DNA of 64,000 bases. It comes from Octopus bimaculoides (taxonomy: Eukaryota). The notes under the pieces were generated by a model. The model saw only the letters and a program-made list of their open reading frames with translations, was not told where the DNA came from and searched no databases. Each line of letters opens with the position of its first letter. Within the stretch, counting starts at the first letter, position 1. Positions 52,169 to 64,000 of the stretch are shown in pieces. The position numbers and the translations under genes were made by a program. The stretch is taken from assembly GCF_001194135.2 (NCBI RefSeq), contig NC_068990.1, positions 30,025,561 through 30,089,560 of the forward strand. The letters are read 5' to 3'.

Positions 52169-52953
52169 TTAAACAGACAGATTGATGTACTTTAACTAGG
52201 GGCACAACACAATGGCTACATTAAGGTTTGAACTCTTGACCATGTAGTCAACAGATTAGCATTTGTACAATTGAAGCCACTTTCGGTTAAACACTGTTGC
52301 CTGAAAGAAGTAGTTTGAAGCTAATTTAGTGGAACATTCTGTTGTCAATTACTTAAAAGTTACCAAAAAGAAAAAAAATTTCGTTAGCAGTGAAATATTA
52401 ATTATTCATAAACACTTAAACAGCCTAATACCCCACCCCACAAATAATTCATCATCTCAGAACCACTTCCAAACACTCAAAGGTTAAGATTCCAATTTCA
52501 AAACGCAAAATACATGTAACCAGATTAATGAATATAAGATTTTTAATTAACAGATAAATTCATTATTTCAAAGAAACAAATAATTATTTTTATAATAATA
52601 TATAGAATTATTTTTTGTCTACATATTCTAGGTATTTCCTAAAAGGTTCATTCTCAGATGTGCAATGGTCCATTTACCATTTCCTTACACTAGAATATCT
52701 GTAAACCAAACTTTTATGGAATAAAAAAAAAATTCCAATCTTGACATTCTACTTTCATCAGAAGTCAAAACAGTCACAACAGAACCAAAGAATGAGTTCT
52801 AGAGTCAGTTTATCACTTCCGGTGGTGCCTACTGTGACCACCACCATCAAAACTAGAATCTCTTTTTCTCTCTTCTTTAACAATAAACTCCAGGTTTGTG
52901 AAGGACAAGAGTAGAAGTTGGAGTGCTGATACCTTTCCTGGAACTAATGGCCG

Positions 52954-52988
52954 TTCTCTAAACTCAGGTGCAACCTGAGTTTAGAGAA
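52954..52988. repeat. Perfect 16-bp palindromic hairpin with a 3-nt loop
   Basis: TTCTCTAAACTCAGGT-GCA-ACCTGAGTTTAGAGAA. Confidence 0.95.
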
Positions 52989-55254
52989 TACTTCCAGAGA
53001 TAAATAAAACTTTCCGAAATTCCTACATACTCACTGTTGTATGTAAAACTTATTATTGCTAAGACATTATTTCCAAGCAAATAGTTAAAGGCGTAAGAAT
53101 TGTTTCCGCCACAGCATTAAGATGCTGTAATTAAGACAACAATAACAACAACAGCAAAGATATTAAAAATTCTTGATTAAATGTTAATAACTTTGTTATG
53201 TTTACAACATTAACAAACACAGCATGCATTTGACACAAAAATGGTTGCACCATGGTATTTTGCACCAGAATTTAAGAAACAAACCATCAAAAATCTGGTG
53301 TTAATTTGAAAGCAACACAAAACATTCAATCAAGCTAAACTGAATTTCAAAACATTAATTAAAACACTAACATGACAAAAAAAAGACAAATTTTCTACAG
53401 AAATTTTAAAAAACACACACAAGAGAGCAAGCAAAGTAAAAAAAAATGTTGTTTTGTTTCCATTCCAGCTTTTGGAGAATTTCATTTACCTGAAGAAATT
53501 TCTCCCAAACAAGACAAATGAACCGATTCAAGTTCAGTCTTCTTCTGTTTTGAAGGGAAGAGGCAGCAATGTTTCATGGAGACCATATTTACTTTAATGT
53601 TGTCAAAAAAATAAATTCTAAACATTGGTTTCTGTTGATTAAGGGGTTTGCCAGTTCCTGTAAGAAGATGTCTTACCGATTGTTACACATCTCTGGCTAA
53701 GGGTTCCTGTTAATTTAATCATGTTAAAAAACAAGGTGACAGCCAGACTGGTGTGTTTTTATTGGATGCATCTATCTAAGGCTATTCCACTGGCAGATGT
53801 GACAACGAGATGCTTGTAAAGAACAGTTTTACGAGTTGACTAGTTCATACCAGAATGTGGTAAGGTACTGCAATAAATAACCAACCCTTTCTCTTGATTT
53901 GCCTAAACTAGAGTTTTTCAGTTGATTAGTTGTGTTGGTGGTAAGGTGTTTGGAGTTTGGAATGGCCCCATATTATTTGGAGACATTTTGAAAGAACAAT
54001 TTCTGAAACTCTGGGACTGTTGGTTGGCAGTGATGAAGATGAAAGCAAACGAAAATTCACAGAAAAAAAAAGAAAAAAGCTACTGGAATTGAAAGGACAC
54101 AAAGAAAAGCAAAATCTTTGAGAGAAGAAAACAAAAAAAACACGAGTTGGATCCTCACAATAAATGTATTTGTCACAAACAGCTGATGTTTTATAACATA
54201 GAGAGAGAGACATAAATACAAAATAAACAAAAAAAAAACAAAAGGAAGCAAAAAATAGCAGGGATGAAAGGAAGATCAAAACCATACAATTGTCATTGAT
54301 ATTAGGGGAGGATCAGGGGCTAGGAAAACAGATTGATATAAGGAATTTGGGGAGCGGGGATAAAAATATACAAAACAAAATAACAAAAAAATAATTAAAA
54401 ATAAATAAATGTCTGGAATGAAGTTTAAAAAAGAAGTTACTACATTGAAGGAAACTATTTCAAGAGGACAACCTTTTCAAGGTTTGGCGGCATCAAACCG
54501 AAATGGAGTAATAATAATAATACAATAAGGAAATATTTATCAAGATCTTCTCTTTCGAAATACAAAACAACAAAACAAAACAAAACAAAAACTTCAAAAA
54601 AAAAAACAAAAACAAAACTATTCAATTCTTAGAATTCCTTGGAAAAGCAAAAAATTTCAAAAACAACAACAAAGATATGGAAGAATGAATGAAATCACAA
54701 AACCAAAGACGTTCTGTGCTGATGTTATTACCAGAATCCATTTTTTTTTTTTTGAGTTGGTTGGTTTCTTTTTTTGGTTTTATTTATTTTTTTGGCATTT
54801 TAATGGTAAACTTCATTACATTTCAAAGTATATACACAGGCAAATTTCTTCCATGGCAGAATTTGGTCTCCTGCAGTACTAGCTTGAAATGGCAGACAGA
54901 GAACAAGAAAATGTTGGCTAGTAAAAAATAAATTAATATGGATTTCTTAAAACGTCATACAAATGAAGCAGAAAAAGTTTGTAGTTGTCAGTAGTGAGAG
55001 CCATGTTTGAAAAGACAAGGATTTCAAATGGAAAACTGACACGAATTAAGGAGAGGCATCCGGCCACAGAATAGGAAGAATCAGGCCTGTTTCAAAAAAA
55101 ACAAGCTGGAATCGCATTGACTAGGGTGACTTGACTAGAGAAAATCACGAAGGACACCTACGAGGGTGATTTTGACCAGAATAGAGACCTAATTGTATAT
55201 GATTACAGAAATCACAAACAGGACAGTTATTAAAGGTGAATGTATATATATATA

Positions 55255-55314
<60 letters not shown>

Positions 55315-55948
55315 AGGGTATATTTTGGACCAGATGGCAGTCTTCTGGTGAATGAGTAGTCATTTAGTTCCAAAATGAAAATAAAGAATGACAAGTAATG
55401 AGTATGTGCATGTATGTATAATATGTGTACGTGTGTGTGTGTATNNNNNNNNNNNNNNNNNNNNNNNNNNNNNNNNNNNNNNNNNNNNNNNNNNNNNNNN
55501 NNNNNNNNNNNNNNNNNNNNNNNNNNNNNNNNNNNNNNNNNNNNNNNNNNNNNNNNNNNNNNNNNNNNNNNNNNNNNNNNNNNNNNNNNNNNNNNNNNNN
55601 NNNNNNNNNNNNNNNNNNNNNNNNNNNNNNNNNNNNNNNNNNNNNNNNNNNNNNNNNNNNNNNNNNNNNNNNNNNNNNNNNNNNNNNNNNNNNNNNNNNN
55701 NNNNNNNNNNNNNNNNNNNNNNNNNNNNNNNNNNNNNNNNNNNNNNNNNNNNNNNNNNNNNNNNNNNNNNNNNNNNNNNNNNNNNNNNNNNNNNNNNNNN
55801 NNNNNNNNNNNNNNNNNNNNNNNNNNNNNNNNNNNNNNNNNNNNNNNNNNNNNNNNNNNNNNNNNNNNNNNNNNNNNNNNNNNNNNNNNNNNNNNNNNNN
55901 NNNNNNNNNNNNNNNNNNNNNNNNNNNNNNNNNNNNNNNNNNNNNNNN

Positions 55949-56000
<52 letters not shown>

Positions 56001-56303
56001 CACACGAACACACACATCTATGTATGTGCATATATGTGGGTGTGTGTATGTACATACATGAGTGTCTCATCAAGACGACTAATGACTTTGCCTTAATGAG
56101 TTTAAACACAGAAACATGAATTTGGTGATGATGGTTCAAATTAAAATAAAAAAGTTGTGACGATGAAGACAACAACAACAAAAAAAAAACACAAACTAAT
56201 GTTAATGCATCAGGCATCATCATCATCATCATCGTCCCCTCTCCTCCTCCCGGCATTATTGTTACTGTGGTAGTGGTGATAATGACTACAAATTATTTAC
56301 TGA

Positions 56304-56404
56304 TCAGCATGCATCACTTCTTCCAGATGGCATAAGGCCCTCCACACGGCGCCTCTGACTCCGTCGATAAGCATCCGCTCGTCTGTAAGGTTCATTCTTC
56401 AGGT
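56304..56404 (-). CDS. FMNL: Formin-like (FMNL/Frl) terminal coding exon (DLKNEPYRRADAYRRSQRRRVEGLMPSGRSDAC*)
   Basis: Acceptor tttctttctgtctcttttgcag, phase 1; L.N.PYRRADA.RRS.RRR is the basic region of the FMNL DAD. Confidence 0.9.
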
Positions 56405-56609
56405 CTGCAAAAGAGACAGAAAGAAATTAAGATGATGGACTAAGATGTAAGAATATATTGTGTAGTGGACATCTTTGAAACTCACTAATTCTTCAAGACA
56501 CAAGAGATCAGAGAGTAATTACTTCAACCATTATCGAGAATGAGAGTGTATGTGTGTGTGTGTGTGTGTGTGTGTTAAGCATATTTGAATAAATGATCTC
56601 TACACTGTA

Positions 56610-57156
56610 TTAGGTTGTCCAGAAAGTTCTGAGCGTTTTCAAGCTAAATCCTTTAATGCTTCATTGAACACACCTGAAACGTAAAACAGTTAAAACTTTG
56701 GCATTGTTTGAAGTGGTAGTGCATCTCTTCTTTGTTCTTGATTAAAAATAGATTTATCGTTCATTCGGATTCCCCTTTATTGACACTTGAAATGGAGAAC
56801 CAGAAATCTCATGTTCGCATTGTAATGCTTTCCTTTCTTAAAAAAGGAGAAAATGCTGCAAAGACTTGCAAAAACATTTGTGAAGATTATGGTAATGATG
56901 ATGCTGCTGTAGGTGAATCAACTGTTTGAAGGTGGTTTGCAGAATTTAAAGCTGGGGAGTTTAGCTTGGAAGACGACAGCCGCAGTGGAAGACCTTCAAA
57001 ATTGGATGAAGATGTTTTGATGGCAAAAATTGAAGAAAACTCAAATATGACAACGAGAGAACTTGCAGAGAAGTTGGAAATTTCTAAAAGTATGGTTCGT
57101 GAAGTATATCACTTTTCACAAATTAAAAAATGCTCAGAACTTTCCGGACAACCTAA
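56610..57156 (+). mobile_element. 547-bp internally deleted mariner (Hsmar1/cecropia-like) with both TIRs and TA target duplication
   Basis: TA|TTAGGTTGTCCAGAAAGTTCTGAGC ... GCTCAGAACTTTCCGGACAACCTAA|TA; encodes only the HTH region (MENQKSH...RSGRPS...TTRELAEKL) with one in-frame TGA at 56927-29. Confidence 0.92.
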
Positions 57157-60100
57157 TATTTGCAAGACTGTAAATTCTACAATACACACACAAATGAGTG
57201 TGTTTTAACGTTATCTGAGAAATTAAGGCAACAGTTAATTTTTAAATGCAATTTTTTTTTTAATAATTACAATTATCACACAAATAGTAATAACTTTTAG
57301 AAAACACTGAAATTTAAATGTCATTTTAATTCTCTCCACAATTCTAAGATTACAACACAGGAGAAATATTTGCAAACAATTTACCATTTGTATTCAATGC
57401 AAAAAAAAGGAAAAGTCATGTGACTGACTTTATTAAATAAATAAAACAAATAATAAAAGATTATGTCTTGTTTTTTAGAGACGTGAAAAGTCTGGTTTGA
57501 ATGTTTAACTGAAAGAGTAAAATTAGGTCCTAAAGAGCAGAATTAATCCCTTTTCCCAATCAAATGACAAAGCAATAATAAGACAGATAAAAGTGGCCCT
57601 CTTGTACATATGCGTATCTTGACACATGTGAGTAAACCCAATGAATAAAGATTTATTTTAATACCACATGCAAGGGATTAATCCATAGCCAGTTCAATTT
57701 TGGATGGGGAATGGTGGTGGTGGTGGTGGTGGGGGATTGCCAGGAAGAAAGAACCTATTTTACTCTAAGATAAGAAGCAAAAAATTGTGGAAATTGGATA
57801 TTGGGAAAGAAAGAAAAAGTTTGAAGAAGGAGTTGGAAGGAATGAAATGAATGATTAGGAAGAAAGAAAGCAGTCTTTTGAAAAATGGCTGTGTGGCACT
57901 GTGTGGGAAAGTTGATAGAAAGGATAATTGAGACAACAAAGAAGAAAGAATGGAGAAACTTTTGTTGTGGTGCAAAGAATACAATCTATAATGGAAGGAA
58001 TAACTCCATATTTCCATTGTTTTGAGTTTGTCCTTGTATAAATAATAGCATAATCTTAACTTCTCAACTAAACTTATAGCAAAGATTTAGATCAGGGATT
58101 CTCAGCCAAGGTCCATATGACCGGGGTGGGTGCATAAAAGATTTGGTTCTTAAAATTAATAAACAATAAATTGGTTTTGATTCTACAATAAAAAAAAATA
58201 TATTTTAAATATTTTTATATAATATATAAATATAAGAGGAAATTTTTTAAACATTGAATGGTTTAAAGGATTCATTCGAGTGAAATAGGGATCAAAGGGA
58301 GTCAACGAGTCAAAATTGGTTGAGTCTAGGATGTAGTTGGAGATTCAATACATATACAGTTCCATAGTTGGCTCCAAATTAGACAGTGCTAATTAACTCA
58401 ACAGGCTCCAATAACAAGTAATTAATGAGCTTTGGGGTTGAGAAAATCTTTTAGACACTGATCACTTCAAAGGAGAAAAAAAGACTGCTGCCATACAGAG
58501 TCAATGATTTCAGGTTTGCTGTCTACAAAGATATTTTGTGAGTAGAAATCAGATGGCACAGTTATGCCATGCGTTGATGGCATGCTATCTGCCCGACTCT
58601 CAACCATGCTCTGGGGTCAATTCTGTCCCTCATTTCCCCAAAACTTAGACAATATTCTCAGCCAAACAACATGGCCATTCATTGCACCTAAGCATTCTCT
58701 TACCAGACATCACTACACACAACTTAGACACCAAACATCAAACATGCATTGAATCCCTAAAAGACATTCTGGGACCATGCTCTAGCAGGGCCAACCACGA
58801 CAACCTTGTCTCTTTTAACAGTAAAAACCTGAAACACTATCAAGAAAATACTCCTTCACCACCCACTAAACATATTGGTACGACATCACAACCCTCAGAG
58901 CTACTCTAAATGCTGGGCCTCACTGTCACGGAGGATCTCTTCTGGTAAAAGCACAACCTTAAAATAAATCAGATTGCATCTGGCTGACCATTCACACCAT
59001 CATTCCCTCACCAGTAACAAAGGGTCTATGAGAATCATGGGTTCTACCCTAATCCCATCCCTTTAAGAGCAGCAAATAAAAACGAAAAGCAACTTTTTTT
59101 GCTTTTAGCTTTTTTTGTTCTTTTTCTCATGATGACCCCAAAATGGACAGATAATTTTGAAGATTTGATTATTAAGACAAGAATCCAATGTCTGTATTTT
59201 TCAATGTCTTTTACTCCACTCTCCTAGAATCTTAAGCTGGGATGGAGGCAGATTAACAGACACAACTTGGCAACTACAGCAGAGTTTCAACTTTGGAACT
59301 TATCACTGAAATATGGGAAAACATCAAAGAATTACTTTGTATCTGGTTTGCAAGACTCCTGATATTAATGTGTGTGTTGAAACAAATCTTGTCATGAGAG
59401 GGTCATTACACACACACACACTGGTTTAATTTCACTCCTTTATTATTAGTCAACTGGTTAAATATCTAACTAATTGTTTGTTCGTGTAATGTGCTGAAAA
59501 ATATCTATGATAAAGAGAAGTATAGATGAGAGCCACCACATCATGTCATCTATTGCCAAGTGTGACAGTAACAATGTTACATTGTTGACCAACCACCAAA
59601 ACCAGCCGACAAACCCCGAGTTACAGAATAAGCTCTGGACCAAACCTTAGACTTTCATTTGTGAGATTCAATGGATCTCTATGTGTTTCATTTGATTTAG
59701 TTTACTGAAAAATAAAAGTTTACTTGTGAAGACAAGAATTAGTGAGGGAAAACAACAACAAAACAAAGAAAAGAAAATTGTTAGAATGAAATAACATGCA
59801 GGAAAAAAAGGAAACATTTTTTTTTTAATGAAAGACAAGAGGGCAGCAGCTACACTCTTTCCTTCATTGGGGGTGGGGACTAAAGCTGGTGGGGTAGAAG
59901 GAACTTTCCTGAAACTTAAGAATTGACCCTAATACAGAGTGGACTATTAACTGTTTAGCATTTAAACTGGTCGTATTCTACCTGTTTCATGTCCAAATTG
60001 ACCAGATCTAATCTCACACCTATCCTACAATGTCATTCAAAAAATATACAATCACATTTTTTAAATCTTGAAATTGTGAGATGATGCCTGATTAATTAAA

Positions 60101-60753
60101 AACAATGTGAATAAAGAAGTCTTTCATAGAGTAATCTGAATGCTAAATACTTATGGATACCCAAGGATCAGGTGGTGGGGTTTGGTCTGACACCAGCAAT
60201 TCTGGACAGCTGACCCCCTTTCCATCATACCCAGCAAAATAAGCTGTGAGTTTTCATATAATAATAATAATAATTTCTAATTTAGGCTCAAAGCCAACAA
60301 ATTGGAGAGGACAGCTTTAATTGATTATATCAACTCCAGAACTTGGCTGGGACCTAACTGATCCCAGAGATGAAAAAGTAAATCTGATCTCACTAGGATT
60401 TGAATTCATAATGTAAAGAGTAACAATGAAGGAGTTTTGTCTGAGGCTCATTTACAAGGAAGGAAATTTTGGGAATATTAATTACCAGATTAAATTGACC
60501 TCAGATCTTGACTGGTGCTTTAATTCATCACCCCTACAAGGATGACTGATAAAGTTGATCCTGGCAGGATTTGATCTCAGAAAAAGCTAGAACAAACACT
60601 GCAGGCACAACATTTGAGTTAAGCGTTGGATTAATGCAACCATTTCAGTTATTTCTTCTTCAAGAGATATCTTTGAAATTAATTCACTTGGGTTCCATGG
60701 GGAAGAAATTGGAAATAATACCAAATACTCTCGAGTCATTTGTCTTGAAGGAA

Positions 60754-60800
60754 TTACTGTAGACAGTTTGCCATAACAGAGCTGTTTTGTAAATTACAGC
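60754..60800 (-). CDS. FMNL: Candidate alternative FMNL terminal exon (GCNLQNSSVMANCLQ*)
   Basis: Pyrimidine-rich acceptor tttcctttctctgttcttgacaattttaccattttcag; read in phase 1 it gives a short tail. No homology support. Confidence 0.25.
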
Positions 60801-63002
60801 CTGAAAATGGTAAAATTGTCAAGAACAGAGAAAGGAAATACCTTCAACTTGTGTGACAAATGAGATATTCGAGAAAAAAACAAATAATTAGTAAGAAAAT
60901 AAGATGACATTTTGTAAAGAGTTAAGAATTCATGCAATACCAATAAATCGTCGTTAGAGTAACCGATGTAAAAATTAAGAATGAGTAATCATGCAGTAAT
61001 AATGATTTTGGGGAGTCGATTGAAGGAGTACATTACCACAACAGCAGGGGTATTCATGCTAGATATAGTGTTTGTGGCTATCAATAAAAGCACAGTTTCA
61101 AGTATGGTTGACAATGATAGGAACTAACAAAATCTTGACATGTTATCCCAAACGTAGAAAAGAAAATGAAAATAACAGCAATGCTTTCTAACATTTGGAG
61201 GGAAACAAGGGAAGAAGAGTTTAGATGACTTCCATGTGATTTGAACTTAAAACATAAAAAGGATAGAACTAAATACTACAAAACAGTTTTGTTCAATATT
61301 AAGCAGTTTTTAACAATCTATTCATTCTAACCATAATTTTGGATGTTTCTCAAAGTCTAATCAATTGTGGTCACTCTTTCATATTTATTATAATCATTAT
61401 TAGTGGACTTTACTTTTCGTCCTTTTGGTGGGGGTCAATAAGATTTGAAACCATTATTACTACTACTGCTACTATTACATGCTGTTTCTAATTTAAGCAC
61501 AAGGCCAGCAATTTTGGGACAGATGAGGCAAGTTGATTATAATGGTTCCAGTGCTTGACTGGTTCTTTATTTTTGTCAAAGAACCAGAAGGATGACAGGC
61601 AAAGTTGACCTTTGCAGAATTTGAACTTAAAAGGTCAAGTATTGGAACAAACATTGTAATGCATTTTATCTGACATTCTAATAATTCTTCTTATTCTCCA
61701 TACAAAACAGAGAGAACCATTATGGACAGAGTCAGCCTTGAGTATGTGTGTGTAGAGGGGTGAGAAAAATAGAATATAAAAATTTTTCAAATTATTTTTT
61801 CAAAGAAAACCATTAATTACAAATTAAGGTATAAGCAAATTAACTGATTCTTGATAGAACTGCTGTCTAAATGCCGTTTTCATAATTCCATGCATTCAAT
61901 GTTAAATCTATAACTGAATTATCTTTTTGAGATTATCTTCCTGTACAGGTTTTCACTGCAATCACAAAAGTTCTAAAGGAAAAAAAATCTACCATTAGAG
62001 GAAGAGAAGAACCAAATCAGTTTGGTATGAATAAAACCACTGGATTTATCACTAAAATGTGTTGACATAACACCATGCAAGCCAACAGCCATGGTAACAT
62101 TGTCATGTCAAACATATGTTCTATGTTAACACAGTACCTTATCAACAAAGCACAAAATCATTGTAGCAACAATACAGACATAACACAGCTAATACGATTG
62201 TGTTAATCAAGACAATTTTAATTAAGGAATATGTAAGGAAATGAGTTAATTCTGAGAGTAGTTTGTTTGTAGGGCAATATGCTAACACAATTCTGCCACA
62301 GAATCACAATTTAAACAAAGTTTTAATTTATTATTTTGGATTGGCATTCAACATGCTTTCACAACACCAAAACTCCACCTCTACCCTCAACTATTCTAAC
62401 ATCATACCCAGATGACACCCTTAATATTTGAATTTTGTCTGTGAGTGAGTATTTCTCCATTCAAAGCATTACATGCATAGAAAGAATTCTGTCTATAAAA
62501 AGGGAAAAGTATAGGAATTTTAAAAAAAATATTCCAGAATGTTGTGACCTTTAATTAAGGGATTTTATATCTGATGATATTCGCATCTGTGTAAACCACA
62601 CTCACAGTTTCAATTTCAGGATGGGTACAAAAAATAAAAACACTTGAGGTTGTATCGTCAAGTCACGGCAATAACATTTTGAAAGTTTTTCCAGTTTCTT
62701 TATTAACAAACTCCAGAAACTCAGCCATGAAGGGTTTCACCAGCAATTCTTGAGGGGGAAGGGTCTTAATTCATACCATTGACCCTAGTCCTTCAGTGCT
62801 ACTTAATTTTATCAATTCCAGAACAATGAACTGCAAGGTTGATCTCTACAGGACTTCAACTTGAAGAACATAAAAAGCCAAACCAAATACCACAAGGCAT
62901 TTTTTCCCCTATGTTCTAATAATTCTGCCAATCCCCACAACAATAAAACAACTAAATTAAACATCATTGCAAAATTAATTAATAAATCAATTGCAGACTT
63001 AC

Positions 63003-63111
63003 CTAAAAGAATATCTTCCAGAGCACCATGATACACTTCGTCTTTGTTTAAAAGTTTTTTCTCTTTGATTTGTCTGGTCCTCGTTTTAGTTCCTTCTGCG
63101 GCAGCTGCCTC
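63003..63111 (-). CDS. FMNL: FMNL penultimate coding exon (EAAAAEGTKTRTRQIKEKKLLNKDEVYHGALEDILL)
   Basis: Acceptor ttttaatag, donor TAG|GTAAGT, 109 nt, phase 0 to 1; GALEDIL is the DAD core (GAIEDII in vertebrate FMNL). The rest of the gene lies beyond the window. Confidence 0.9.
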
Positions 63112-63157
63112 CTATTAAAAGCCAAAGAGTAACAGTTACTTACCATGCTAACCTCAG

Positions 63158-63189
<32 letters not shown>

Positions 63190-64000
63190 TTCAACAGTTT
63201 TATGCCATTTTTTAAAATCATTTTCTCCAATGTAAATCCGTACCACTTTACATGTCTTTGTATTGTTTTCCTCATCTTTGCCCTGATGGCAAATCTAAGA
63301 AATTATTATTCCTGGCATCCAGCCAATGCCAGCATGGAAAACAGACATTCAATGATTATTAGTAGTATTACCATTAACACTTTCAACAGTTTTCTCAAAG
63401 TTCCTACTGCACCACCACCACCACCACCGGGTGCACTTCAATGTCCCAGAGACATATGCAACATTGTCTTTTAAAAAATGTAAAATTATGTTCATATACC
63501 ACATGATGATGATACTGATGGTAACAATACCATATCAGTTTTTGTCTAATTGTGGGATTTGTGTTTGGGGTTTCTGATGTTCTTTGTGGGTCTCTTTTGT
63601 TGCCATTTGAATTACATTATTTCATTATTACACATTGTACTACATATCTGGTACTGGTGCCATATAAAAGCACCGGTGTTGGTGCCACATATAAAGCACT
63701 GGTACAGGTGTCACATAAAAAGCACCCATTACACTTTCAGGGTGGTTAGCTTTAGGAAGGGCATCCAGCTATAGAAGAAACCTTGCCAAATCAGACAATT
63801 GGAGTCTGGTATATGATGGTGGTGGTGGTGGTGGTGGTGTGTGATTAGTGTTGTGTTCCATTGTCAGATGGCAAGGTGACTGTGTTCGGACATGTGGTCA
63901 GTGGTTTCAGTAGAATTTGTAGTTTGTAACTAAATAGAATGGATTTTTTGTGAGAGTTGCCAATGTCATAATGTCAGGCTTCCATTATGTTGGAATGGGT

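Noticed and set aside
58500-58930. Two overlapping short ORFs with slightly higher GC
   Set aside because: No splice signals or recognisable motif; probably an old retroelement remnant.

Overview
Eukaryotic, AT-rich, microsatellite-dense genomic DNA with about a dozen N-gaps. The repeat content suggests a cephalopod, probably Octopus (inference). (1) A 10-exon SLC22/organic-cation-transporter-family gene lies on the + strand (ATG 5455 to stop 34527, about 550 aa). I spliced it by hand with consistent intron phases. It has a frameshift in exon 8 that a tandem acceptor 4 nt into exon 9 could put back in frame, and its terminal coding exon is tandemly duplicated around a Penelope-like fragment. 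(2) The last two coding exons (DAD region) of a formin-like FMNL/Frl gene lie on the - strand (63003-63111, 56304-56404), converging on the transporter, with a probable very long 3'UTR. (3) A probable 105-nt exon of an unidentified - strand gene lies at 22-126. The rest is decayed mobile DNA: mariner and maT transposons, RTE, CR1, R4-like, CRE-like and Penelope-like retroelements, tRNA-derived SINEs and fold-back elements. The most unexpected layer is at least eight minimal type-I hammerhead-ribozyme-like motifs, one nearly intact at 11494-11556 and one inside a tRNA-headed SINE-like element. Most entries of the supplied ORF track are artefacts of microsatellites or N-gaps. All alignments were done by eye; TE boundaries are approximate.
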